Translations under genes and position numbers: made by a program
DNA from: Polyangiaceae bacterium
GTDB taxonomy: Bacteria; Myxococcota_A; Polyangia; Polyangiales; Polyangiaceae
NCBI GenBank assembly: GCA_965222375.1
Contig: CBDCTZ010000016.1
Span: 32,001 to 96,000 of the forward strand
Reading direction: 5' to 3'
Length of the DNA stretch: 64,000 bases
The notes under the pieces: generated by a model
The model's input: only the letters and a program-made list of their open reading frames with translations
What the model was told of the DNA's origin: nothing
Database searches by the model: none
Part shown: positions 20,447 to 30,781 of the stretch, piece after piece
Numbering within the stretch: the stretch's first letter is position 1
How the letters are laid out: every line of letters starts with the position of its first letter

Positions 20447-22123
20447 ATGCTGAGCCAACCCGACGAATTAATCGGAACACTTGTTGCGGAGCGCTACCGG
20501 ATCAAAGAGCGGCTGGGGCGAGGCGGCATGGGAACGGTGTTCCTGGCTGAACACGAGGCCATTCACAAGAAGGTCGCCCTCAAGGTTCTGCATCCGGAGT
20601 ACTCCGCCAAGCCCGATCTGGTAGAGCGCTTCCAACGCGAAGCCATCAGCGCTTCGCGGGTCAAGCACATCAACGTTCTCGAGGTCTTCGATTTCGGCGA
20701 GCTGCCCAACGGCTGCTTCTACCTGGCCATGGAGTTCTTGGAGGGCCATGACCTGGCCGACGAGTTGGAGCGCCGCAAGGCCCTTCCGGCGGACCGGGTT
20801 CTTATCATCGCGAAACAAATCTGTCGCGCCCTGGCAGCAGCGCATAGCCGTGGCGTGGTGCATCGTGACCTCAAACCCGAGAACGTTTTCCTTTCGCGCA
20901 CGGCGGACGGCGAAGAGGTCGTCAAGATCGTCGACTTCGGGATCGCCCAACTCCGCGCCCCGGACGAGGCCGCCAAGTCCGAGCCCACTCGACGCAGACT
21001 AACCCGCACCGGGATGATCTTCGGAACGCCGGAGTATATGTCACCGGAGCAGGCCCAGGGCGCGCGCTCGGATCACCGCGTGGACGTGTACGCGACAGGC
21101 GTCATCTTGTTCGAAATGCTGACTGGAGCCGTGCCCTTCACGGCCGAGACGTTCTTAGGCGTGTTGCAGGCGCACCTGAACAAACCGCTGCTGCCGATGA
21201 AGCACTTCTACCCAGAGGTGCAGGTGTCCGAGGAGTTGGAAGCGGTCATTGCTCACGCCCTGGAAAAGGACGCTGACAAGCGCTTCGCGCGCATGAATGA
21301 CCTCGCCGCGGCCCTCGTAGACACGGCGGAAGGGCGCAACCTGCGGGCCTCCGTGTTGCCACCCGCGGGGCCAGCCCTGGATCGGGTTTCCAGCGTACCC
21401 ACGGCATCCCATCCGGGGCAGCCCACCAGCGTCCAATTCGACGACACCAATCCAGAAGCTGAGGCCGAACCCGCAACCCGAGCAAACGCCGACACGGTGG
21501 CGGAAGCGGCACTGCCGCTGACCCACGCCAAAGAAAAGCCCGCGGCCGCCGTGACCGCCCTGGGCAGCACCACACCCAGCCCGACGGACGACCCTGCACC
21601 GCCACCGCGGCGCTCGGTAGGCATCTGGTTGGCGCGTGGTGGTTTCGTCGTTGCGTGCTTGGCGGCCCTCGGATGGTACGTGCGCAGCACTTCGCTGCGG
21701 GCCCCGCCGAAGCCGCCGGTGGATCCCGAAGACAAATCTGTGACAACAGCCACGGCACCCCAGGTGCCATCCAGCCCACCATCTGTCGAACCCACCACCT
21801 CCGCGGCACCGGCGATCCCACACGGCAAGGTAAGCCTGACTGTCGAGAGCAACCCAAAGGGTGCGACGCTCTTCATGAACGGCGCCCAAGTCTGCGACAG
21901 CACGCCCTGCAAGGTGCTCGTGAAGCGCGACGAAGTGGTGGAGCTGATGGCGGAGCACGGGGGCCGCAAGGCAAAGCGAAAGGTCATGGCTCAGAAGGAC
22001 CAGACCGTGAAGCTCGAGCTGAAGAAAAAGGTCATTCGGGGCCCAGCCCCCAAGAAGATGTGCACGGCCGAGGTGATGCGGGACGGAATCAAGGTCTTCG
22101 TCGACGTGCCCTGCAAACCTTGA
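20447..22123 (+). CDS. Membrane Ser/Thr protein kinase with C-terminal PEGA domain
   Basis: LGRGGMGTV, VALK, HRDLKPEN, DFG, GTPEYMSPEQ; TM; LTVESNPKGATLF..TPC. Confidence 0.95.
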   Translation: MLSQPDELIGTLVAERYRIKERLGRGGMGTVFLAEHEAIHKKVALKVLHPEYSAKPDLVERFQREAISASRVKHINVLEVFDFGELPNGCFYLAMEFLEGHDLADELERRKALPADRVLIIAKQICRALAAAHSRGVVHRDLKPENVFLSRTADGEEVVKIVDFGIAQLRAPDEAAKSEPTRRRLTRTGMIFGTPEYMSPEQAQGARSDHRVDVYATGVILFEMLTGAVPFTAETFLGVLQAHLNKPLLPMKHFYPEVQVSEELEAVIAHALEKDADKRFARMNDLAAALVDTAEGRNLRASVLPPAGPALDRVSSVPTASHPGQPTSVQFDDTNPEAEAEPATRANADTVAEAALPLTHAKEKPAAAVTALGSTTPSPTDDPAPPPRRSVGIWLARGGFVVACLAALGWYVRSTSLRAPPKPPVDPEDKSVTTATAPQVPSSPPSVEPTTSAAPAIPHGKVSLTVESNPKGATLFMNGAQVCDSTPCKVLVKRDEVVELMAEHGGRKAKRKVMAQKDQTVKLELKKKVIRGPAPKKMCTAEVMRDGIKVFVDVPCKP

Positions 22124-22128
22124 TCGCA
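22040..22128 (+). repeat. 89-bp direct repeat, left copy (attL-like; kinase 3' end)
   Basis: Matches 35558-35646 with one mismatch. Confidence 0.95.
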
Positions 22129-22207
22129 CCGGCGGTGACGGGTCGGTCACCCACGACCGGGTTCTATCTGGAATTGCTCGCGTGAACAGACAAATCGACA
22201 ATTCGTA

Positions 22208-22236
22208 TTCGACCATTTACCGGCCCCGGTTCGTTT
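22208..22236 (+). promoter_or_regulatory. Putative ECF promoter upstream of the sigma gene
   Basis: TTCGACCA-N13-GTTCGTTT, recurring at 23632-23660. Confidence 0.65.
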
Positions 22237-22275
22237 CGAAGGGGGCGGGTGCCTCTTTCCGGCCAACCGCTGTTC

Positions 22276-22851
22276 ATGACACTCTCGATTTCAATGCCCG
22301 TGAAACCCAGCGACCACGACTGGCTCGCCGAGTTTCATGAGGGAAGTCGACAGGTACTGGGGGAGTTCTACCGCGAGCACTTTCGAACCGTCGACCAAGC
22401 GGTGGGCCGACACCTGACCGGTCCGGACCGGGAAACGGTCGTTCACGAGGTTTTTTGTCGCCTGATCTCGATGCCCGAGCTCCGCCGGGCGTTTCGGGGA
22501 GGATCTGCGGCGGCGTGGATCGCAACAGTCGCCAAGAACCAAGCCATCGACTTTCGTCGCCGGCAGCGCCGAGAAGTCGTCAGCGACGAACCCGAGCGCA
22601 TTGTCGAAACCACCGGTGCCGAGTTCGCCGAACCCGAAATCGTTGATGCCGAAGCCCGGTTGTTGATGGAGCGTTTTTGCCGCGATGTGCTGCCCGACAA
22701 GTGGCGCCCCGTTTTCCAAACCTGCTTTGTTGAAGGCATGACGCAGCGAAGTGCAGCGACAAAGCTGGGACTCTCGCGCACGACGCTGCTGTATCAGCAG
22801 CATCGCGTGCGTGCCCTGCTCAGGAAGTTCTTGCTGGAGACCGACTCATGA
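22276..22851 (+). CDS. ECF RNA polymerase sigma factor
   Basis: ETVVHEVFCRL, AWIATVAKNQAIDFRR (region 2); EGMTQRSAATKLGLSRTT (region 4). Confidence 0.9.
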   Translation: MTLSISMPVKPSDHDWLAEFHEGSRQVLGEFYREHFRTVDQAVGRHLTGPDRETVVHEVFCRLISMPELRRAFRGGSAAAWIATVAKNQAIDFRRRQRREVVSDEPERIVETTGAEFAEPEIVDAEARLLMERFCRDVLPDKWRPVFQTCFVEGMTQRSAATKLGLSRTTLLYQQHRVRALLRKFLLETDS

Positions 22852-23606
22852 CGGACAGCGCCACCGACTGCTCGATGCAGGAGTTCGTCGACCGCCACTT
22901 CGCGGGTAAATTGCCGCCGATGGAGGAGCGAAGGCTGCGCACGCATTTGCCAGGATGCGTGCTGTGTGATCGCCGCTACCGGCGCCAGCTCTTGTGGGCG
23001 AGATTCGACAGACGAGCGCTTTCGCGACAAGAGCGGCTGGCCCGCGGTCTCGGCCTCGCCGGAAAGATCACGGGCGCCCGCTGGTCGTCACCTCGCGTAT
23101 TGGCACCCGCCTTGGCCGTCATCGGCGCACTGTTGTTGGTCATGGCCTTGCCGAATCTCGGCTCCCCGGCGTTTCAGGCTCGCGGAACCTCAGGGCCTGC
23201 CGCCACTGAAGTCTGGGCTTACCGCATCACGGCCGAAGGCTCCGCGCCGCTCGGTGATTCGATGGGCCAATACGACGAGTTGGCCTTCGCGTACTTCGTC
23301 CCAGCCGAGGCCGAGGCTACCAAGTACTTGTTGGTTTTCGCGGTCGACGAGCACCGGCGCGTCTACTGGTACCACCCGGCTTGGACCGATCCCGACGGCT
23401 CTCCACAGGCGATCCCAGTAGCGGCGGGGCGCCACGAGCTCCCTGAGGCGGTCGCCCACCAGTTCCGTGGCCGGGATCTGACGCTCTACGCGGTGTTTGT
23501 GGCTTCCCCGGTGAGCGTGTGGGAGGTCGAAAAGGCAATAAGTTCCGGGAGTGCCGAGTTCACCGGACAAGTGCAGTGGCAACGACGGGTGCGGGTCAAT
23601 CGGTGA
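22848..23606 (+). CDS. Zinc-binding (HxxxCxxC) transmembrane anti-sigma factor
   Basis: HLPGCVLC, single TM, extracytoplasmic beta domain; ATGA overlap with sigma. Confidence 0.85.
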   Translation: MTDSATDCSMQEFVDRHFAGKLPPMEERRLRTHLPGCVLCDRRYRRQLLWARFDRRALSRQERLARGLGLAGKITGARWSSPRVLAPALAVIGALLLVMALPNLGSPAFQARGTSGPAATEVWAYRITAEGSAPLGDSMGQYDELAFAYFVPAEAEATKYLLVFAVDEHRRVYWYHPAWTDPDGSPQAIPVAAGRHELPEAVAHQFRGRDLTLYAVFVASPVSVWEVEKAISSGSAEFTGQVQWQRRVRVNR

Positions 23607-23631
23607 AAGCGAGATTCGTCACGAGATCGGG

Positions 23632-23660
23632 TTCGACCAAAAGCCCCCGGTCGTTCGTTT
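23632..23660 (+). promoter_or_regulatory. Second copy of putative ECF promoter
   Basis: TTCGACCA-N13-GTTCGTTT. Confidence 0.65.
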
Positions 23661-23727
23661 GCATTCTCGGTCCCTAGCGACATCCTTCCCGCGCGCCGAT
23701 CGTCGGCGATGGGCCCCCAAGGCAAAG

Positions 23728-26118
23728 ATGAAGACTTCTATCTCGCTGACTTTATTAAACTTTTCCGCGGTCCTCACCGGATGCTTCGGTGAATCCGAGC
23801 TGGCTGGCCTGCCGTGCCCGTGCGCCGACGGCTGGACCTGTTGCGAAACCCAGGGCGTCTGTGTTCGCGACCCAGCTCAGTGCCCGGCGGGCGACCCAGA
23901 CGCCGGCACCCCGACAACAAGCGTGACGGTTGAGCCGACGTCGGCACGCCTACGGCTGGGTGGCACCCAATCCTTCACCGCCAACGTGGCGGTTACCTGG
24001 AGCGTCGAGGAGCCAAACGGCGGCGCGATTGACAGCAGTGGGCGTTATCGCGCGCCGCTAGTGCCCGGCGTCTACCACGTACGTGCGACCCCAGCGGAGG
24101 GGGAGGCCCAACTCGTTCTGGTTACCGTCGGACCACAAGACCTCGTCGTCGCGGCGGGGCAGCCTGGGGGTGCGGGACACGCCGACGGGTTCGGCGGTGA
24201 TGTCCGCTTTCGAGCCCCGAAGAGTCTCGTTGGAGATGACAAGTTCCTGTACGTGAACGACACCTACTCGCTCAGACGCATCGAGCTCGAAACGGGCGAA
24301 GTCTCTACGCTGGTCCGCGACCTCAAGGCTGGACATATCGCCGTGAGCGGTGGGCACCTTTACGTGTCGAACGTTGCCGGAACCTTGGTCAAGCGTGTCG
24401 ATAACGCCGCTGGCACGGTGGCTGATTTTGCCGGCGATGAAAAGTTCATCAATCCTTGGGATGACTGGAAGGACGGCATCGGCAGCGGGGCGGGCTTCTT
24501 CACCGTCAGCGGGATGGTCGGCAACGCCGACTACATCTACGTCAGCGATGCCAGCCTGCTGCGGCGCATCGACACACAGACCGGCGCCGTCGAAACCCTC
24601 GCCGTGAGTGAGTTTTGGAAAGACCACGGCCCGGTTGCTGTCAATTTCCCAGGCGCAAAAACCGGCCCCTGGAAGAACCTTGGACCGATCGCGATGCGCG
24701 ACGGACAGGTCTACGCCGTCGAAACCTACGCCGTGGGTACGGGCACGCCCAGTATCTGGAAGATCGATCCAGCAGCCGTGTCTTTCGAACAAGCGCTATC
24801 GTCCACCGTTCCTTTCGGACCCAACACAACACCGCTGCCCGCCGGCGGCGGCACCTTCGCTAGCCTGGCCTTCGACGAGCAGGGCACACCGCTCGTGGTC
24901 GATGGCCACGCCTTGGTGCGCCCCGTCATTGTCAACGGTAAGGTCGTGGTCTACCCGACGGTGGGCAAGGTTGATGAATACGGTGATGCCGACGGCCTTG
25001 GCTCCGTCGCGCGGCTTTCGACGCCGCAAGGCATCTGGAGTCCCGTTGGCGTTGGGCCAAGGGACTTGTTCGTCGCCGACACCACGAACAACAAGGTGCG
25101 TCGAGTGCAGATGACGGAGGCTGGGCCGCTTGGCAAGCAAGCATGGGTGGCGTCTACACTGGCTGGCGAATCCGACCACCGCGGTTCCGTCGACGGGGTC
25201 GGCAGCAAGGCACGTCTGGTGTCCCCGCATCGTCTGACCGTTGACGACAGCGGCGTGACCTTCGTCGCCGAGTTGTCATCGAACCAGTCGGCCTACGTGG
25301 ACCAGATCCGACGAATCGATCCCAGCGGCGCTGTCAGCGTGTTGACCGCGTTACCAAGCGAATTCTCTTATGTTCTAGGGATGGCTGCAGCCGGGGGTGC
25401 ACTGTTCGCTACGGCTACCTCTGGGAAGGCGCCGTACGACTTGTTGCGCTACGACTTGAGCGGCAGCAAGTGGACCACTCTCAACTGCGGCGCTCCAGGG
25501 ACTCGCCACTACACGGGCCTCGTCTACGACGGTGAGAACTACCTTTATGCAGTGGACTCGGTTCTGGGCACCGTTGAACAGATCGAGCTCACCGTCGCGT
25601 TGACCGCGTGCACTAACGGAAAGCAGGCAGCCACTAGCACCACGGTGCTGTCGGGTCTGACGCCGGCTACGTCGCTGGCCAAGACGTCGGCAGCAATCTT
25701 CAAAGCGTTTCGCGAACTGGCCGTGGACGCAGATCGCGGCGTGCTGTTCGTCAGCGACGACGACACCCTGAAAAGACTCGACCTAGGCAGTGGCCAGCTC
25801 GAAACGCTACCCGCGCCGCCGAACGGTTGGGGGCCCATCGAAGGACTGGCCTTCGACCCAGCTGGCGTGCTGTACGTGTTGCGAGCAGGTGACTGGCAAA
25901 AGCCAATCGGAGTCGAGCAGGGCGGTTCCCATCAGATCGTGGCGTTGGTCGTGGAAACGGGACAGACCTATGAAGTCGTGGGAGCGCCGGACCACGAAGG
26001 GGTGAAGCTCGGAGCACTGCCCGGCGGGGTGAACAATCCATCCGCCATCGCTCTGGGTCCGGGTGGCGAGCTCGTGATCGCCGATGAAGACGAGCACGTG
26101 GTGCTGACTGCAAGATGA
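23728..26118 (+). CDS. Lipoprotein with Cys module, Ig-like domain and NHL beta-propeller repeats
   Basis: VLTGC lipobox; PCPCADGWTCC; VTWSVEEPNGGAIDSSGRYRAP; repeated DGxGxxARL/F..P..LFVADTTNNKVRR. Confidence 0.85.
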   Translation: MKTSISLTLLNFSAVLTGCFGESELAGLPCPCADGWTCCETQGVCVRDPAQCPAGDPDAGTPTTSVTVEPTSARLRLGGTQSFTANVAVTWSVEEPNGGAIDSSGRYRAPLVPGVYHVRATPAEGEAQLVLVTVGPQDLVVAAGQPGGAGHADGFGGDVRFRAPKSLVGDDKFLYVNDTYSLRRIELETGEVSTLVRDLKAGHIAVSGGHLYVSNVAGTLVKRVDNAAGTVADFAGDEKFINPWDDWKDGIGSGAGFFTVSGMVGNADYIYVSDASLLRRIDTQTGAVETLAVSEFWKDHGPVAVNFPGAKTGPWKNLGPIAMRDGQVYAVETYAVGTGTPSIWKIDPAAVSFEQALSSTVPFGPNTTPLPAGGGTFASLAFDEQGTPLVVDGHALVRPVIVNGKVVVYPTVGKVDEYGDADGLGSVARLSTPQGIWSPVGVGPRDLFVADTTNNKVRRVQMTEAGPLGKQAWVASTLAGESDHRGSVDGVGSKARLVSPHRLTVDDSGVTFVAELSSNQSAYVDQIRRIDPSGAVSVLTALPSEFSYVLGMAAAGGALFATATSGKAPYDLLRYDLSGSKWTTLNCGAPGTRHYTGLVYDGENYLYAVDSVLGTVEQIELTVALTACTNGKQAATSTTVLSGLTPATSLAKTSAAIFKAFRELAVDADRGVLFVSDDDTLKRLDLGSGQLETLPAPPNGWGPIEGLAFDPAGVLYVLRAGDWQKPIGVEQGGSHQIVALVVETGQTYEVVGAPDHEGVKLGALPGGVNNPSAIALGPGGELVIADEDEHVVLTAR

Positions 26119-27662
26119 GACATTGGCTCGCTTTCTTGGGCTTTGCGGCGACGCTGTGCTTGACGACCACGGCAAGCGCCACCCGACCGACTGCGACCTT
26201 TGCGTTGATCATCGGCGTCAATCAAGCTGCCGACCGCGAGCTACCCAAACTTCGCTACGCCGATGACGATGCCGCCCGCTACCAGGATCTGTTCCGAGTC
26301 TTGGGGATGCGAACGCATCTCTTAGCGCGCATCGACAAGAACACGCGGCGCGTTCATGCCCAGGCGGCGGCGGAGGCCTCGCTGCCGACGCGTCGGAGCT
26401 TGGAGCGGGCGGTTTCTCGCCTAGCTGCGGAGATCCGTCGTGCCAAACGACGCAAGATTCGCACGCTCTTCTACTTGGTGTACGCGGGCCACGGGAACGT
26501 CAAGCGCGGCGAAGCGTACCTGCTTTTGGAAGACCACCGCCTAACCGGCAAGCGAATCGCCAAGTTGGTGACGCGACTCGGTGCAGACCAGTCTCACCTG
26601 ATCGTGGACGCCTGCCACTCGGGGCTGCTCGTCATGAGTCGCGGACCGGGTGGCACGCGCCGCAGGCTGGAAGGGTTCAGTCGCATCGGCGCGGCCCTGT
26701 CGGATCGGCGGATCGGACTGTTGCTGTCGTCATCCTCTGGACGTGAGAGTCACGAGTGGGAGAACTTCCAGGCGGGCGTGTTCAGTCACGAGGTCCGGTC
26801 CGGCCTCTACGGCGCTGCCGACGCGGATGGCGACGGACGCATCAGCTATCGGGAAATTGCTGCATTCATCGAACGTGCCAATGCCGCGATTCCCAATGAA
26901 CGCTATCGACCCGATGTTTACGCCAGGCCACCGGCCGATTCGGGCATGCTCGCTGATGTGCGTCGGGCGCTCGCACGTCGCGTCGAAGTCAAGACCAAGA
27001 CAGGCGCGCACTACGCTCTCGAAAACGGCCTCGGCGTTCGCTTGGCCGACCTGCACCCGGGCACCGGGCACAAGATGAACATTATTCGACCCGGCGTCGG
27101 CAAGCTCTACCTACGCCAGATCAAAGGCCGCGAGGAGTACGGATTGCCCGGAAACCAAGCCGTGATCCGGCTCGCCGATCTCCAACCCGAACAACCACGC
27201 GTGGCCATGCGCGGCGCGGCCCACGAGGCTTTTGGCCGGGTGTTTGCGCTGCCGTTCGATGAAGAGGCGGTGCGGCGCTTCCGTTTTCGGCCCCTCATTC
27301 CACGGAGCACGCCAATCGACACGCCTCCCCCATCGCAGACCACCTGGCGACACCCAGCGGGGATTGTTGCGCTTGGAGTTGGGGCGGCCGCGGCGACCAC
27401 GGGTCTGGCGTTCACGCTATCCGCCGAACGGCTCCACGCCGACGGCAGCTCCGGCGGCTCCCAAGCAGAGGTCGCCGCCCGCAACGATCGCGTCGCGGGC
27501 CGACAACTCGCCGCAGCAGTGTCCTTCGGTGTCGCTGGCGCCGCCGCCGCGGCCGGACTCACCTTGCTCTTGTGGCCGGACGAAAGCGGCGCCGGTCTCA
27601 GCGCGACGGCCTCCCCGAGCAGCGTGAGCATTGGGTTCGGCTCACGCTGGGATCCTTTCTGA
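26115..27662 (+). CDS. Exported caspase-family (C14) protein with C-terminal membrane hairpin
   Basis: Signal peptide; FALIIGVN, LRYADDDA, YAGHG, DACHSG dyad; DADGDGRISYRE EF-hand-like loop. Confidence 0.9.
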   Translation: MRHWLAFLGFAATLCLTTTASATRPTATFALIIGVNQAADRELPKLRYADDDAARYQDLFRVLGMRTHLLARIDKNTRRVHAQAAAEASLPTRRSLERAVSRLAAEIRRAKRRKIRTLFYLVYAGHGNVKRGEAYLLLEDHRLTGKRIAKLVTRLGADQSHLIVDACHSGLLVMSRGPGGTRRRLEGFSRIGAALSDRRIGLLLSSSSGRESHEWENFQAGVFSHEVRSGLYGAADADGDGRISYREIAAFIERANAAIPNERYRPDVYARPPADSGMLADVRRALARRVEVKTKTGAHYALENGLGVRLADLHPGTGHKMNIIRPGVGKLYLRQIKGREEYGLPGNQAVIRLADLQPEQPRVAMRGAAHEAFGRVFALPFDEEAVRRFRFRPLIPRSTPIDTPPPSQTTWRHPAGIVALGVGAAAATTGLAFTLSAERLHADGSSGGSQAEVAARNDRVAGRQLAAAVSFGVAGAAAAAGLTLLLWPDESGAGLSATASPSSVSIGFGSRWDPF

Positions 27663-27703
27663 TAGCTTTCGACGAGCCGCGGACGAAGTTTCGCTACCGC
27701 TGG

Positions 27704-28160
27704 TCACGTCTGCAGGTTCGGCGATGGCCGCGGCGTTGGCGTTCGGCGCTGGCTTGTTGCACGCTCAGCAATGATCGCGTGAGCGCGAGCGGCACTGAGC
27801 TTCAGGTCGAATTCACGAGACCCCTGGCGGTCAGTGCGCACCGAAATTCTCACGCGGGCGGTAGCGTACAGCGCCATGAACTCGGCGACCCTTTGCAATT
27901 GCTGGCGGTTAGCGCGAAAGAGCTCTGATGAGTCGGGTCGGAAGGTGAATTCTCCATCAGACCCGTCGTACCACCAGTCCAGCTTGAGCTCGGCACGTAC
28001 CGGCGACGGACCGGCCACCGGCTCTTCCGGTTTGGAAAGGCTCGCTTTGCCAGGTCATCGAAGCGTGCGGCGACGTCGAAGGGGGAGCCGACGCCGCGCA
28101 TGCCAACAAGGCAACGAATGCCGCGGTGACGACGGACAAGTCGGCGCACTGATCACTCAA
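27704..28160 (-). pseudogene. Frameshifted, truncated OmpA-like lipoprotein
   Basis: Lipobox in 27957..28160; FRPDSSEL..TDRQGSREFDLKLSAARA in another frame (27704..28018). Confidence 0.65.
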
Positions 28161-28162
28161 CT

Positions 28163-28801
28163 CTACTCATGACACTCCACGACGCTGGTGCTGACGGAGA
28201 GACACTTCGGATAGTAGCTCTGACAAAACTGGCCAAAGCAGCTGCAGCTAAGGCCCGAACAAGTCACGACGCCCTTCGCGAGACAGCGGTATTCGTGAAC
28301 CGTTTGCCCCGGTAGAGATTCGTAATGCACGCAATAAGTAGTCGACGGACAAGCCGCACAACCGCTTACTGACTTGCAAGAAGCGAAAGAAACGCAAGGG
28401 CCGAAGCAACCCGCACCATCGTGGGTCGGGACGTGTCCCTTGGCGCAAATGGGCATTGCTTTCTTGCACTGAACTTTGTCCAAGTCGCAGTCGGCGCCAC
28501 CACCAGCGCCGCCTGTGCCTCCTGTGACCACACCAGCGCTCCCGCCAGTACCCGCGGCTCCACCCGCTGCACTTCCTGCGATGCCACCGGCCCCGCTCGC
28601 AGCCGTTCCTCCGCTTCCACCAGTTCCGACCCCGGCTGAAGCGGAGGTACCACCGGAAGCAGACATCCCACCAGTGGCTGCAGCTCCGCCCCCTCCGCTG
28701 GCCTTCCCACCTCCCCCGCCCGCTTGATCCGAGTCTGTCTCACCGCAAGCGAGAGCGAAAACACCGCTCAACAGAATTCCATGCAACAATCGTCGTCTCA
28801 T
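28163..28801 (-). CDS. Gly-rich / Cys-rich lipoprotein
   Basis: FALAC lipobox, Gly linker, Cys-rich domain. Confidence 0.8.
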   Translation of the reverse strand: MRRRLLHGILLSGVFALACGETDSDQAGGGGGKASGGGGAAATGGMSASGGTSASAGVGTGGSGGTAASGAGGIAGSAAGGAAGTGGSAGVVTGGTGGAGGGADCDLDKVQCKKAMPICAKGHVPTHDGAGCFGPCVSFASCKSVSGCAACPSTTYCVHYESLPGQTVHEYRCLAKGVVTCSGLSCSCFGQFCQSYYPKCLSVSTSVVECHE

Positions 28802-28859
28802 CTGATGCGTGACCCGTGATTAGCACCGCCATCACAGCCGAGCAAACCATCTCATAAGG

Positions 28860-29350
28860 TGCAAAGACGGGTCGGCAGAGCGTGCTGGCACTCCCGCCGG
28901 ACTTGGAGATCTTGAGCAGCGCTTTATCTCCGTCCAGAACGTAGACGTGGGTGGCGTCGACGGCGAGTCCCCGCGCCTTGTGCAGACCGGTCCCCAACTT
29001 CACTGATGAGCCCCCCGCCTTCGGGATCTTCCCCACACCTCTTTTCCGGAGCCGTAGAATACGTGCGTGGCATCAAGGGCGATTGCATCGGAGCCGGCGC
29101 CGTTTGGCACCAGCACTTCCGGTTTGCATTCCGCGGTGCAACCGACGCTGCCGGCTGAGCCGCCGCTCGCGGTTCCGGCGGAGCCAACACTCGCGGCTCC
29201 AGCGGAGCCACCGCTTGCCGACCCGGCAGAGCCCCCCGAGGAACCACTGACTCCCCCTGTGGCGCCGCCGCTGCCTGCGATCTGTTCCCCGCCGCTGCCC
29301 GCGGCTCCGCCTCCGCCGACCAAGCCGACGCACTCGCCACCGCATTGGGG
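28860..29350 (-). pseudogene. Fragment of Gly-rich protein with beta-propeller repeats
   Basis: IALDATHVFY and GLAVDATHVYV repeats split across two frames; no clear start. Confidence 0.6.
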
Positions 29351-29392
29351 TAGCGAGCGCGTGGGCTCGTTGTCGTAGGAGCGTGAGCTCGC

Positions 29393-30781
29393 TCAACCGG
29401 AGCGCTTCCGCACGCCCTTCACGCTCGCCGACACCTGCTCGATCGTGCCGCGCAGCGCGCTACCACCCGGGATCAGCCCGACCGCCGCCTTCAACGCACC
29501 CTGGGTGTCGCCCTGAGCCAGCGCGCTGATGCCCTCGACCGAGGCTTTGACCAGGTTGAAGCCAGGCAGGCTGCCAAACAGATCGAAGCCCGCGTCCTCT
29601 GCTTCGGCGACCGCGGCTTCCGTCGCGGCGCCAGCACTCGGCATCGGCTTACCGCTCTCACCGAGCTTCTTGAGCTTCTTGCACGTAGGCCCGCTGACCA
29701 GGCTGCCCGGAGCGATGCTCTCGCCTCGGTAGCACTTGGCGCGGTCCGCCTCGTACTTCTGATTGGTCTCGTTGGCCATCTGAGTGACCGACTTCTGGCT
29801 ACCGGCCGTCTCGGCTTGGCGGAACACGGCGTCGATGCCGTCCTTGTACTGGGCCTCGTAGCGCTGATCGCCGTGGATCTTGCGCATCATGCCTTCGTAC
29901 TGCGCTTTGACCTGGCCGACCGTTCCGCTCAGGTTCTTCACATAGCTCTTGGCCTCGTCCAAGCTGACCTCGGGCTCCTTGGGGAACGACTCGAGGGCCT
30001 TGGTAGATAGCGCCTCGAGCACCGCCGGATTGCCGCCGGCGTTGAGCACGGCCTGATAGGAGGTCAAAAGCCCGAACGAGAGCGCGGCGACGTGTTCCAC
30101 GCGGCGTTGCAGCTTGAGCCAACGCTGCACGCGCTTGTAGTCCGCCTCGTTGAACTCCATCTCCTGCTGCTTGCGCGTTCGCACCATGCCAGCCACGCGC
30201 AAAACCGTGGTCAGGGCGTTGGTCTGCAGCATGTCGTTGGACTGCATGGTGACCATCGAGAGATTCATGACCTGCATGCGCAAGTCCGTGAGCTTCTGGA
30301 CGTGCTTGCTCGCCGCCCGAAACTCCTTCAGCTCCCGCTGGCTCATCTTCTTGCCCGCGGGCCGCGCCTTCATCTTGTCGGTGAAGGAGTCCTTGAGCTG
30401 CAGGAAGTTACCGGCCACCTGCTTGCCGTGTTGATCCTCGACTGGCACGAGGCTCAGCTTGATCTTGGCGCCTCGCAGATCCTTAATCGCGGTGGCCGAG
30501 GGCGTGGGCATCGGCCCACCCGGACTGATCGCCTCCTTGCCAAGCGCCTGCTTCAGCGCTTTTTCCAGCTTCTCTTCGTGGCCGGTCACCTGTTGGCCAA
30601 GCACGTTGTTCTTGGCTTCCATTTGGTCGGCCAAGGCCTCCTGGTCACGAACGGCGTCCTTCTGCTCCTGGCTGACCAGTGGACCTTGCTGGGCACCGGC
30701 GTTTTGCTGGGGTGGCATCAGGCAAGCGCCGAGAGAAGCGGACAAAAGCAATGCTACGGGAAGGTGATAACGAAACTTCAT
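29393..30781 (-). CDS. Helical lipoprotein of unknown function
   Basis: SLGAC lipobox, 462 aa, strong GC3 codon bias. Confidence 0.85.
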   Translation of the reverse strand: MKFRYHLPVALLLSASLGACLMPPQQNAGAQQGPLVSQEQKDAVRDQEALADQMEAKNNVLGQQVTGHEEKLEKALKQALGKEAISPGGPMPTPSATAIKDLRGAKIKLSLVPVEDQHGKQVAGNFLQLKDSFTDKMKARPAGKKMSQRELKEFRAASKHVQKLTDLRMQVMNLSMVTMQSNDMLQTNALTTVLRVAGMVRTRKQQEMEFNEADYKRVQRWLKLQRRVEHVAALSFGLLTSYQAVLNAGGNPAVLEALSTKALESFPKEPEVSLDEAKSYVKNLSGTVGQVKAQYEGMMRKIHGDQRYEAQYKDGIDAVFRQAETAGSQKSVTQMANETNQKYEADRAKCYRGESIAPGSLVSGPTCKKLKKLGESGKPMPSAGAATEAAVAEAEDAGFDLFGSLPGFNLVKASVEGISALAQGDTQGALKAAVGLIPGGSALRGTIEQVSASVKGVRKRSG

